Source: Asterionella formosa
Taxonomy: Eukaryota
NCBI GenBank assembly: GCA_002256025.1
Contig: NKIB01014113.1
Location: 1-47,436 of the forward strand
Direction of reading: 5' to 3'
Length of the DNA stretch: 47,436 bases
Positions 32,301 through 45,100 of the stretch are shown here, in pieces. Within the stretch, counting starts at the first letter, position 1. Each line of letters begins with the position of its first letter. Made by a program: the position numbers and the translations under genes. The notes under the pieces are model-generated. The model saw only the letters and a program-made list of their open reading frames with translations, searched no databases and was not told the DNA's origin.

Positions 32301-33385
32301 ATCGCGCCCGAAAAGTCGACAAATCGGCCTTTTCAACAGTCGCCATAATATTGGAATCAGAATCAATATGTGCCGAAACGTCCTCATCGGAATAGGAGTC
32401 TTGTGAATGAATTTTTAGTCGTAAAAACTAGTGAAAAACTAGTCTAAATAGAGTGTGTGTCAATTCAAAATTATAAAATAATTCAAACGGAATAATTGTT
32501 ATTAAGATGAGTGTCGACAAATTCTCAATTCCTAGGAGATTCGGCAACCCTAAAATAAATCGGTATTTTTTGCCTACCGGAACTGTACTTAGGGTTTCAA
32601 ATGTACCACAACACTTGTGCTCGCCTAAAATCTGTAAAGACGCACGGAGTATTACTTTTGGTGTTTTTCATTCGCGTTCGACGCTCCTTTACACGACACC
32701 AAGGCGGGCGGGCGGTTCGCAAAGAAAATGACGACAAAATATGCGACACAAAATTCAACTATAGCCAGTCTATAGCAGTGAGCGTTCATTTATATACTGC
32801 AAAAACGAGTGCGTCTTGAGGAGAAGGGATCTTCTTATATATTCGTTACCCATTAAGTATATATTTTATGATTCTTAAATGGAGACTTGTTTTGCTCATC
32901 AATGTTGACATTTAGCTACATACTAAACGAGAACAGACACCACAATGTCGTCCACCTTTCCATTTTGCATAGGTAATAAAAATGTAATGGACATAAATAT
33001 ATAGCTAACAGGTCCCGATATAATAGTTTCAAGACATTCATTGTGTAGAAGTAACCATCATGAACCTCTTCTTATCAATATTTCTACATAACAATCATAA
33101 ATTTAAGAAGTAATGAATAGAATTTGTTTACGCCATGTTACATAAAAATTTGGATTATGCGTCATTGGGTCCGATTAAATATTTCACTGTATGAACAGAA
33201 ACGATGACCCTCACACAATGGACGAAAAACCAAAAATACAATTCTATTGATCACACTATTACATACTTGAATTATAGTCCATCGAATTTTTTTCACACAA
33301 CCTATTAACGACGAAGATTGCGTCCGCTCTCTTAAGGCGATCACTTTCGCAGAATCCGTCGCCATCGCTCTCGTGGATTCATCCA

Positions 33386-34855
33386 ATGCATCTCCTTACA
33401 TCACTCCTCGTCCTTGCGAGTCTCAGCGAGCCGTCAATTGGTTACTCAAATGGAGCTGGTAGCTGTGCTGCAGGAAAAAATGCGATTGAAGGATCTCATT
33501 TGACAAAGGGAAACGTTTTATTTGGGTCACTTTCCGACGGGGACTTTTCCGTCTCACTCGGCGGAGTTCCTCTTGTTGTGGGCGCCACTTCTACATTTCT
33601 CATCGGCGTTGAGAATACTTTGCAAATCACTGCTGGATCAAAGGCATTCAAAGGATTCCTTATTAGACTTGGCGAAGCTGGAGGAGCCACTACTTACGAT
33701 GCCTTGACTGCTACCAGCAGTGATGTAAAGGTTGCATCTGAATGCACGGGTCTTGAAGGCGTTGGTGGAGTCACACATGTCTCGAATAGTGACAAGACTG
33801 TTGTGACTGCTACGTTGAAGCTGGATGAAATTGCATCTGACTTACCCTTGGATGTTACAGTTGTGGTTCAAAACTCTGGAAACACTGATACCAGCGAGTA
33901 CTTTTACTCTGGATACTTTCTAAGCTCTATTGATTCCTCTGGACCAACAGCTTCTTCGTCACAGACAGATACTCCTAGCCCTGTTCCTGTAACACCGGAC
34001 ACTTCTTCTCCAATGGTAACAAAAGCGCCCACCCCTGCTCCCATTGTACCAGCCACTCCTGCTCCAGTTTTAACGAACAGTCCTACGGTAGCTCCGGTCG
34101 TACCAGCCGCTTCTGCTCCGGTTGTTTCGAACAGTCCTATCGTTGCTCCAGTCGAATCAGCCACTCCTGCTCCAGCTGACACACCTCGTCCAACTGTTTT
34201 TCCCATTTCAGAAAGTATTCCTTCTTCTGTGGTACCAGTCACTCCTACCTCCACACCAGCCCCTCCAGCTACGAGTGTACCTACCTCAGAGGCTGTTCCT
34301 GGACCAGTTGAAAAGCCTTGTGAGGACGATATGAGCTTTCGTTTCATTCCAGAAGGTGGAAGCATTCCACGAGGGTGTTTCTGGCTAAGCAAACGGCCAT
34401 TGAAAAAAAAATTATATTGCATTCCCGATTCGGAAGTGATGAATGCGTGCGAAGAAACGTGTCGCAAGTGCTCTGATACATGTTGCGATAACAATGATGT
34501 CATCTTGGACCTGGAGTACGGGGAAGAAACGATCTCCGGGAACTGTCTTTGGCTTCGTGAACATTTACCATTTTATCGTAAGAATTGTGTTGTTGGTTCC
34601 ACAGTGTACAGTGAATGCAAAGAAACGTGCAACAACTGTCACGACAGCAAGACGTGTCGTGATTCTGAGCTTGAGATGTTTACATTTGCTACCGAAAGAA
34701 AGAATTCCACCTCTAAAACCTGTGCGTGGTTGGCCTCACAAAGTCCAAAAAAGCGTCGACGCCTCTGCCTCCTACCTACAAATTCACCATCTGACGCTGC
34801 CGCGGTGATTTGCCCTCATTCATGCGGGATGTGTACATGTTCACCTACTTTTTAG
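33386..34855 (+). CDS. Secreted Reeler-domain / Pro-Thr-rich stalk / 3x ShK-like protein (paralog 3, 489 aa); recent duplicate of paralog 2
   Basis: Near-identical to 24316-26133 outside the stalk. The flanks are also homologous (~32925-33385 vs ~23880-24315; 34856-35122 vs 26134-26412). Confidence 0.92.
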   Translation: MHLLTSLLVLASLSEPSIGYSNGAGSCAAGKNAIEGSHLTKGNVLFGSLSDGDFSVSLGGVPLVVGATSTFLIGVENTLQITAGSKAFKGFLIRLGEAGGATTYDALTATSSDVKVASECTGLEGVGGVTHVSNSDKTVVTATLKLDEIASDLPLDVTVVVQNSGNTDTSEYFYSGYFLSSIDSSGPTASSSQTDTPSPVPVTPDTSSPMVTKAPTPAPIVPATPAPVLTNSPTVAPVVPAASAPVVSNSPIVAPVESATPAPADTPRPTVFPISESIPSSVVPVTPTSTPAPPATSVPTSEAVPGPVEKPCEDDMSFRFIPEGGSIPRGCFWLSKRPLKKKLYCIPDSEVMNACEETCRKCSDTCCDNNDVILDLEYGEETISGNCLWLREHLPFYRKNCVVGSTVYSECKETCNNCHDSKTCRDSELEMFTFATERKNSTSKTCAWLASQSPKKRRRLCLLPTNSPSDAAAVICPHSCGMCTCSPTF

Positions 34856-35435
34856 GAGGGAAGGGCATTTCATCATATTTATGATTTACAAGTTGCTGGT
34901 GGTGATCCGTAACAAATTATATTCCACCACCTGATCGAAGCGATTTGTATGTCAGAAACTGACTGGAATACTCTTCACTCAGACCTGATACTCTCAAATT
35001 CATAGTTCAAATTAGAAATACTTCATAAAAATGCATCGGTTTGTGAGGAAGAAAGAACTAAGTAAATTTCCCTTATAATACTATTCATGTTTGTTGTCCG
35101 TCTACTTAATTCTATCCGGTTATCATTAGCATCAGTCTCAGCTATAGTCTCAGCATCTGCATTAGCATTAGCATTAGGTTCAGCATTAGCACAATTCCGA
35201 AATTGTATAATCGACAGCAGGCAATGTATATGAGTAAATCAAAACAATTCTACAGTATTTTAGTACCAGAGCTCTACTCGCGTTCCTACGAAGCATTTGT
35301 CGGGAGTCGTACAGCCTCCCCACCATGGCGGAATCCCTCTCCTCTCATCACCCATCAACCACTCCACTTTGTTGTATGTCAAGTCGACTGACATCGGAAC
35401 CCATACTATACATTATACCTACCAGGTACCAGGTA

Positions 35436-35759
35436 CCAGAAAAAATTGCCATGACCCATTGAGAATATTTTTGAACTGCCGTGACCCATTGAACGCAGAA
35501 TAACACGTTTTGCAATCAAAACTTAAATAAATATAGATTTTGAGAGTTCTGGCTCCTTCCCGAGCATATTGGCTAGTCAGCCATGTAATTAGTTTGAGAT
35601 TTGGAGCAAGTTGTTCATCTCGATAGATTGCCTGAAATGGTCGATCGACCGAAAAACCATGAAGAACTCGGATTACGGTGAGTTTAGAAGTCACCGCATC
35701 ATATGATATACGACGAAACAAACACCCTAACTCAATGGGTCATGGCAGTTTTTAACTGG
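35436..35759. mobile_element. MITE with ~28-bp terminal inverted repeats and flanking TA (Tc1/mariner-type ends CCAG...CTGG)
   Basis: Left TA|CCAGAAAAAATTGCCATGACCCATTGAG; right CTCAATGGGTCATGGCAGTTTTTAACTGG|TA. A subterminal repeat TGCCGTGACCCATTGA lies near 35477. No convincing coding capacity. The exact terminus is ambiguous because the flanks (AGGTA/TACCT) are also palindromic. Confidence 0.88.
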
Positions 35760-35809
35760 TACCTTTGCTACGATATCGCCAACTAAATCAACCAATCAAA
35801 AAGACGTAA

Positions 35810-38800
35810 CAATGACAGATTACAATATTGAATCACTCATCCAGGGCAACCAACACACCATTGTGCAGATGATAGCATCCACTTTCTACCAGGTGATGAT
35901 GATTTGCTCCTCGGTATTTCACTTGCTGACTTGAATCCTCTGGTGCACCAAACAGAAGAATGGAAAGAATTACAAACCAAAAATACGAAAAGGAAGAACA
36001 GAATCTCCCCCATCCCATCATCGCCGGCATTGTTACATAAGGAGGACAAATCTCCACCCACTATCGGAACGCATCTACATCCTCTCCATCGTGTATCGAA
36101 AAAATCAACGCAAGTAAGAAGGCGATCACCTAAACAATCAGGAATATTATCAAATTATTTCGCAATTCTGAACAAAGGTGGAGCGGAACCAGCAGGTCAA
36201 AAACATCCCATGACAAAATCTAATTCGACTACCACTACCAATTCCATATTACAATTGATTCCCCACAATATTACAACAACTAACAGCAGAAGAACAGGAC
36301 ATCGGAAAGAACAGAAACCCATCATGACCAGAAAGAACAACCACATATTACGGAGTATACTGATATCACACTGCTGGAAAGACCCTCAAACTTTCAAGAA
36401 GGCACTGACTCAAAATTGTTCTACTATGATATCCACATAAGTCGAGAAGGCCACAATAACGATGAAGAACTTATGGCTATAGCAAGAGCAATGATGAAAC
36501 CTGTTTAACGGCAACGAGCAGCAGGCAAATTTACCCTCTGGCAGGTTATATAGAAATGCGAATTATCAAACGCAACAATAGCAGCCTCCATAAATCAATC
36601 GAGACAAAAGCCATCCGGAAACACATTCACAAGGGGAACATGAATGCTGGAAAATTCTTTGGAGTCATCAAAGTAGAACATCTGAGCACTGCGGATGTCT
36701 TGCAAGCGAAACTTTTTCCAGTTTTAGTTCTTTGCACTTGGAAAATCTACATTCAGGATCAACCCCACAGTTCTAAAAGGTGCCTTACATGATTGTTGGA
36801 ACACAAAGATCAACAAAACTTGGCCATTCAAATATCCACTAAGCTACAGCTGTTCATCCCTGAGTGGACAGTATTACTTAAAGTCAGCTGGTCCAAGATT
36901 TACAGCATGATTTCACTGGGCGTTGTTTCAGTCAACATTATTTGTTGTAAAAAAGAGGATTATAAAGAATTTTGCATGGCGCTACTTATGCTTAATGGAA
37001 ATGATAACATCAATCAAGACTGGACATGGCCCCAAATGAAATTTGTTCCCCTGCCAGTGATTTAGGGAACTGTGGAGGCCACCAATATTTTCATCAACTG
37101 ACAAAAACAAGTTGAATGAAATACCACATCATTAAGCCTTTGTAAATAACAAAGAGCATTATCTGAAGATTTATGAAATTCTACAATACCTTAAAGATGA
37201 CAAGAACTAAATATTTTTAGCAGCTGTGATTAATGGGTGGAAGAAGGATTCTGTAATTTTATCCATTCAGAATCAACAGCCACCCAAGCATTAAGTACAT
37301 CCCACAAATCTGCACAGAGGCTACACAGTTAACTTTCTGGACAAGCGAGGAAAATCCTACAGTTATTCAAGGAGATCTCTGTGATATGCAGGCAACTATG
37401 GAGGAATATCATAATCAGACCATACTTTAACTAATTGCAAACATGAGCTTTATCAGACAATCACACAAATGGTTCACATGATGAAACAAGTGCATACTCT
37501 GCATATATCCCCAGCACAGGGACTGAATCCTGATTTGAGTACTACTCAAGAGAAACTTCAATTTGAGCACCATCCATTATCAGTATTCCGCCCTGGGGAG
37601 CAAAGCAAGCAAGCCAGGTGCACAAGGTGTTGTGATGCTCCCTACAGAAGCACTGAATGATTCTCAACCACACTTGGGACAAATCAACTTATGGAACAGT
37701 ATCAATACAGACATCGACAACATACATTCGAAAGAAATGGAACATTTCGACAAAATAGGAACTCAGGTCAACAGTAATCAATGATGGCTAGTACACAACA
37801 GCGTACATCGGCAATATGGAATGAAAATTCTTTCAAATACAAGCAAAGGGTCAGTACATCATCTAACCACCTCAATGGACAGAAATGCCATGATTGCAGA
37901 AGAATTTTCACATGGCCACATCAATCATGGCCTTCCACAATAGCATGGCAACTATAGAAAAACACAATAACCCGATGTTACTGTATGTCACTGACCTATC
38001 CTGCTTGTGAACGAAACTCAAACAATGGATAGAATTGGCAAGTTGGTATCAAAAATCGACTTTTCATATGGATATGGCAAACATGAATCTTGTTCAACAA
38101 ACAGAAGAAGCAAGGAATCTTCCTTGTGCATCATAAAGGGCGTTTATCCACAACCGTTTCAAGGGAATATACTATAAAATTCGACAGACCGTCTATTTTA
38201 CTTCTGGGTACTATAAAAATCAAAATGGCAGAGCACTTTTGAAATCACTGGGTTTCAGCCAAGACCGTCTTCACGATGAGCACAAGGTAGCTACATGGTC
38301 TTGAGTCCAGTTCATGAAGATCATCACATTGACACATCCTCTTCATTGGATCAGTTTTAGATTCTTTGGCAATGGGGGATTTCCCAACAGACTGGATGCA
38401 TTTGGTCAAAAGTTATGTTGGCCTCTGATGGATCTCTCAACAATTGAGTTTCAATTGTGACACATGGTTGGAAACTCTACCACTGCGGAACAAAAACACA
38501 AGCTTATGGTCATGGTTGGGTAACTGGAGGAGGTCAAGAGATATCATCTTGACGCCCCGAATTAGGTGAATTACTGGTATATGGCAGCGATATCTTGTTA
38601 ACAACAACACATTCCCATCCAACAGCGTCCAAATAGGGTTCCTTCGTCAATTTACATTGACAATACAGCGTTACTTTCACAGATTAAATGGCGTCATGGT
38701 GGCTCATCAGGAAAGTTACCTATCAGCTATGATTGGGAAAATGCAACTTAGATATGAAAACACAACATGTCAAGTCACATCAGGATTGGGAGTGTGACCG

Positions 38801-39250
38801 TGACCAGTTACCATGGCAAGCTAAACTTCATTATGATTTCGAGGCAGCCCAGGTGCGCTCTTGTGAAAAATGTCAAAAACAAAGAAAGAAATCCTACATA
38901 TTTCCTCCAGGCCATGCTGCTGCATTACAATTGGGGAAAGTATTAATGACAATCCACCTACCTTTAGCTATAAGGAATGCGGCATAACGTGAAGAAATGG
39001 AAGAATATATAATCCATAAAGCAGAGTGGTAGTCTAGGTCTCTTTATGATACGGTTGATTGGGAGTCACAATACTGGGCGAGTTTGAAGCTTCATCAGGG
39101 ATCACAAAAAATGGCAGTGTTTAATGAGAATTTGACCCGCTTACAACGCTTCCGAGGAGAAATAAAAATGAAAAGACAGTAGATAGCAGATGCTTCAGGT
39201 GCGATGATCCTTCATTTCAGGAGCAAAGTGTATGCATGACAAGGAACCAC
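35810..39250 (+). mobile_element. Heavily decayed, internally deleted non-LTR retrotransposon (LINE) relic with RNase H domain
   Basis: Fragmented frames at 38415-38850 read MLASDGSL..THGWKL..AYGHGWVTGGGQEISS*RPELG..IYIDNTALL..QHVKSHQD..LPWQAKL (LINE-type RNase H motifs DGS, RxEL, DN, HVKSHQD). Then PPGHAA..AIRNAA..Y..W..TVDW. Upstream are ORF1-like fragments; no recognisable RT core. Boundaries are approximate. Confidence 0.7.
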
Positions 39251-42117
39251 ATGAAAACATGATTTCAAATGTTTCACCCTTAATAAACGGGAGTCATCAC
39301 CAATTTCTCAATTGGTCGAAATCGTACATTTATGTACAAAGACATACTGACCAAAATTCATATGGCCTACCGGTAGTACTGTATAATTGCTGGGAATTAC
39401 TTCTGTAATGGAAATACCACAATAGTGCAGCGGAAAACTAAATATGCTCATGTTTTAGGATCATTTGATCATATTTTTAAGATCAATTTATCCTAATTAT
39501 TTAAATTGAATTTTGATCTTTCATTTTCTCATCAACGACACCGTTTATCATATGATCAATATTTTATGATCAAAGGTATAGGATACGAATCAAAATTTAT
39601 TGATTAAAGATCATAGTTTATACCGGAGTAGTTCCTCATGCATGCAACCCCTTCCTCCTCCCCCTTTATAGCTACAGTACAGAAGTGATAACCCCCAAAC
39701 TACCAAGTTTGTATGTCTTGTAAGAATTATCGCAGCATGCATGTATACATGACTCCTACTTGTATATACAATGCAGAAATGATGACCACCAGACTACCAA
39801 TCCTATAGGTCCTGTAGAATTATTTCAACACGGCTGCATATCTAATGAAAGGGCGGGAGGAGTCATCCATGCACCTGTATAGTATTATGAAATATGGAAA
39901 TGATCAAATATAGTCTACACAAGGAGCAGTGCATCATATATGCCCTGTTCTTTTAATTCCTATGAAATCTCTTCATCTGTTCTGCGCTTTTTCGCCACAA
40001 TTTGCTGTTTCACTGGAAAGCATTCGAATTGATTGTGCTTCGAACGAAGCAATGATCAAAGTCCACCCCATTGCAGAATGGTGAGTCTCACAACTAGTAA
40101 GTATCAGCCAGTCGATTAAAATTGGACTGTCTTTTGTGCACCGTTGTTGTGTTTGCTTGTACTGGACTTAGCAGCTGTCAGCCAAGAGCAGCCATGGCAT
40201 GTCACCATTTATTGTCTATACAAGTTTCAAATGCGTTCAGCTATGATAACTTTTGCTCCCCCCTCCTAAACACTATCTCACAAGGCACCCTTGTCTTAGA
40301 TTTTTCTTTATCCTTTGGTTTCACAGGCCCAGGTTACTCAATGCCTTCATCTGCAAGGACTTCAGCCAAGCAGGCCCACGTTGGCATCAAGAAAACCTCA
40401 ACACCGATTTTCCTCACATGCTCCACCCATCGACTTTTTCATTGATGAAGTTGGGGTAGCTATAATGACTTCAGGTGGCGCAGGCTTGTGTATAGATTGA
40501 TGATGCCGAAAGCATTGCTTTTTTTCCTGTAGGTACCTACTATATGTCAACATTGTTTGGGTCAATCTGTTCTTGTTCCCGCAAGACCAGAAGCAATTAT
40601 CCCTTAACTTCTCCTTCCAAGAACCTTCATTTCTCTTTCACAATTGTCCTGATGTTTGCCAAGCATTTTTAGTTCCCTTTTGATTTTCCACTGGTTTCGA
40701 TCCCTTTTGCACCATTCAATTCAAGAAACAAGCACCTCATTGAGATTTCTGGAGGTCTCGGTCAGTGGCACCATAAAGCAACAATCAACAGATCATGGCG
40801 GCTGTTCTCCATTTTCTGTAGCGAGTGACATTCAAAAAGGGTCTGGAATCATTGGGGAGAAAAATTAGTAGGATTCTCTTTGCGTGTTTGCCCCCGCCAG
40901 TTTGGTAGCCATTCTACCATTGCTTCCTCTCATCAATCAATACTAGATAGTATAGCTAATGAAAACAGTAATTAGATGAAATGTGACTTCCGGTTTCTAA
41001 TATTTTACATTGTTGCACTACTGAAACTTGAATCTATAAATGGGCATTCAACTTGTGCTTCTTGCATTTTTGCAGTATAGACTGGACTGGCTGGTGGTCG
41101 ATAGGCCAAAGTGACTTGCTTTCATGAACATCTACAAAGTACTAGTGCTTTTGTCGAGGTTTGTGTCTAAATCCAACTGCTGCCATCAATTGAAATATTC
41201 CAGATACATCAAAGAATACACTCCTGTCGTCAAAGGTAAGCAGCTTGTACGATGACAAGAAAGGAAATCTGACGAGACAAAAAAAATTACGAAAACAGAA
41301 TCACTCTGTTACTATAAATAGACAGTCTCATGCTTCTTTGCGCATATCGCCTCCTGCTATGCTGCGTTTCAATTCTAGATGTATTAAGTTCTTGTTAGTG
41401 AGACAATGTTATGGAGAAGTAGATTGTGCTGTTCTATAATGGATGTTTTTAGCTATGATTGAAGTTGTAACACTGATTGATGCTCTGGTGACAGACCGGC
41501 CGGAAATATTCATCTTGTGTGATGAGCCATTTCGTTTTCATTGGATTTCTTTTCAAGCTCTTAACGGATTGCATGCGAACATACTGTGCAATGTAGATGA
41601 TGATTCATCGAAGACATATGATTACTTGAACGACAAATGAAGATTTTATCACAAACTCTTGTGCCTCGGTATTTTTCAAATCATCATTAGTATTTTCCGC
41701 TCACTCTCGTAGCTTCTAGTGAGGCTGTAAAAGAAACTGTTTAATTATTTTAAGGTAGTCTAATAGTTGTGTGTTTTATTGTCTTCGATGTTGTTAGTGA
41801 GGGACATTGTTCTTATTTGGTGAACTCTCACTATCGCTAGAAATCATCATTACGGACAGTCCCAAGCGACAGCTCTCTTGATTACCCATGTTGTCCCATG
41901 AGAACATATTCTTTACAATTTTCAGCACACAGAAATCACTGTTGCCGAATTTTTTTCTTTCTCGTTGTATTCAATCAGCTACACTTTCAATCGCATGTTG
42001 GTTCTTGCAAAGGACTCCACGAAAGCTCAAGCCATTCTTAATTTTAAATTGAGTTATTCATGTTGTAAAAAAGAATTTGATTTCTAACCATGATCATTGT
42101 TGCAAGCTTGTCGTCGA

Positions 42118-45100
42118 CTATGGCAATGAATATGACAGTAATGCATTCGTATCCATCTCGCCCTTACACATTTTGGCAAAATCTGTCAATAACATTTTTG
42201 CCTTCGGCTTCGATTTTTGTCCTGTTCGAGCCAAATCAAACAATATTGTCATAATTTGCCGAATCGTGTCATGAGAAAATGCATTTCCATTGTTAGTTCT
42301 AACCGTCACAAGGGATGCATAGACCCATTGATGTGCAACAGTATGTTCTTCAACTATGGGCCCAGTCGCATTGGATCCCGTGATATGAGTGACAATGGCA
42401 AAGAGACAATCCGACAAGGATGGCCATAAGGGTTGTGGCGACCCACCCGAGAGTCCCCCAATACACATTTGGGTGATGACTTGGCCGTGCTGGGCGAGCT
42501 GTTCATCAATTGGCCCAGAGACATCTTCCAAAGAGGCCGTGGACGCTTGTGACAACCGCAAGGAACGCCATCCAAAGAGTTGAGCCAAAAAATTCAATGT
42601 AGAACGTGTCGATTCTCGTTCACCTTTGCAGGCAGAGAGGCATTCGACTCCAAGACTGACAATGCAGGAAAATTGAGAGGAACATACCAAGGCGGTTGGG
42701 CAAAACAAAATGTACCTCTGATTCATTTCAAAAAAGGCTCGAATTACTTGGGGGCACTCGTCTGGTCCCTTCTCTGTTGTAACATAGGTATATGTGATTC
42801 CGGTGACATGACCAAGAAGTTGATTGAATGATGTTTCTGTCTCACCAGAAATCGGACTAAAGGCTTCGACGGCACAACCGATTGTATCCAATGTACTTGG
42901 ATGTTTACTTCGTTGATAGGCGTCAACGACAAACTTGACTGTTTCGGAAAAATGTGGAGCAACTAAGTCAGGAGCATTCGATAAGAGTTGCTTGTGAATG
43001 GTCAAAATTTCATCCAAGACCGATTCATATTGTCCAGCATTTTGTGCAACCTTTTCCATAAAAGGCCAAATATTGCTCAAGACACTTGGAAGAGGCGAAG
43101 GATTTCCATCACAAAATCGAATTATCACCGAAAGCACATGCAGGTATTTGGCCAATGCTTCGGTGGCAAGATCAGTATGTGCGCCATCCAATATGACGGA
43201 TAAGGTATGGTCTGCCCGATGCAACAAAGGAATGAGGAACGATGAAAGCGCCTGCTGGACCAAAATTGGATCCCTGAGTTGCCCTGCCAATCGCGTGCTA
43301 CCTTCCGCAACATCTGACATGCCTCCTTCACTATCGGTCCCTAACACTATCATCATTCCTTCTTTCAAGGCATCCAATACTAACGCTGTAGATTTTTCCT
43401 CTAAAAGTTTTGACGAACATCCCACATAAATAGCCCTTGTTGCGCGACTACTTGCTTCATGACAGGATGATGACATGGTGGCTCGCAAGTAGCTCAACAA
43501 TTGTAAGACGGCTTCCTGTGAACAATACACATTCCATGCTGGTGCATACAATCCCATAAAGGATACCACACTTGCCAAGAGTAATGGATGTTGCTGCTGC
43601 AATGGCGCCGAACATAGTCGCTCGACCATTTGTAGCAATTCGTGTGAGGTGGCATCTCGGTCTGACGACAAAGAAGTGGAGTGCCCCCTTGCTTTGACAC
43701 GAGCACAAACTTCCCTTGAAACACAACTCAAACAATATAATCTACTCTCCATTGTATTCCAATCTCCCTGGAAGACAGTGACAATTTTGACAAAAGTGAC
43801 TCTCAATAAGAAATAACAACTGACCAAAACATCAGCCACCATTCGTCTCAATTCAGAAAATTCTTGAGGATCCAAATGTACCTCTTGTTCCCAATCCACA
43901 AAATTGGCTGGATATGATATTCGTTTCACAAGCCCTTCCACTACTTTTATGAATAGAGGTTGTTGCCAATGCTCATGTCTACTATTCGTCGGAACTTCTT
44001 GCACTGTCAACCATACATCTAGAACACAAAGTGAAATAGGAATATGTTCATGATGTTGAATATTCAGCAAAAGTGACAAACATGCTTCCGCAGGTTGTGT
44101 TACAATATCATCGACTTCCTCCGTCACAAAAGTACAAATCATACATGCCAAGGCATGTGCTCCATCTTCCCATGAATTCATTGTACATGTCTGGAATGGT
44201 GCAACCACAAATCCCATGGTTTCCATGGATGTCAGCATCAGTTCACATGCCTTGGTTCTAGTTGGGGTACACGAATCTGATGGATTTAAAATGGCTTCCA
44301 TCAATGCATTGGACGCTGAAATTAATAAAGCTTCACTGGATGGATGTGGATTGGATAGAACTGAGATCAAACAGGGAAGGATCGGTTCTGTTCCTCCGCA
44401 TGTGGGTGAGTTTAAATGTGATAATGTTATATGACAGGAGAGGGCCCAATTTCTGTTCATATATATTTTTTTATATTCGGAGTATAATTTTTTGGTTGTT
44501 ATTGAAAACAAAGTATGATGGTGGGTAAAAACAAATTAGGTAACAGCAGCGGTGGCGAAAGAATCAAAACATTAGTAAAATGTCGTGGGTGGGTTAGCAT
44601 CAATGGAGGTACAGATCTGCAACAACTCATACAAGCACGCATACACACTAGTGTGACATACCTCAAACACTCTAAAGCTGCAATGTCAGTTTCTGGCATA
44701 ATCAAGGAACGTTGTACAGTGTTCAGGACAACTTCCATAAAGGGCCATAATTCTGCAGTAACCTGTGGTGTGGTCATGCCACATCCTTCTACTTCTGGAG
44801 GTAATGCTCCCAATAACTTTAAATGCATCACCGTAGTCGTCTTATGAAGATGAGTAGCGGTGCACATGTCCACCACCTCATTTAAGGTTCCCAGACGTAC
44901 AGTCATGGCAGCCAAACATGCACATAATTGATTCGTGACAGCAGAATTGGATTTTGTTGTTGTTGTGTCTGCTACTGCTACTGCGTTTGCCAATAATTCC
45001 ATCACAGTGTGTCGAATTGCATCAAGTGTGATGGTTTGTTGTTGAGAAGAAGTACCGGTAGTAGTAGTTGCTGTTAAATTGCTGTGATGTCGATGAATGT

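Noticed and set aside
39450..39620. AT-rich tract dense in GATC/TGATCA words
   Set aside because: Could be TE subterminal sequence, but I could not define a period or termini.
39950..42030. Degenerate coding-like segments within the 6.9-kb block
   Set aside because: Interrupted frames with no identifiable domain.
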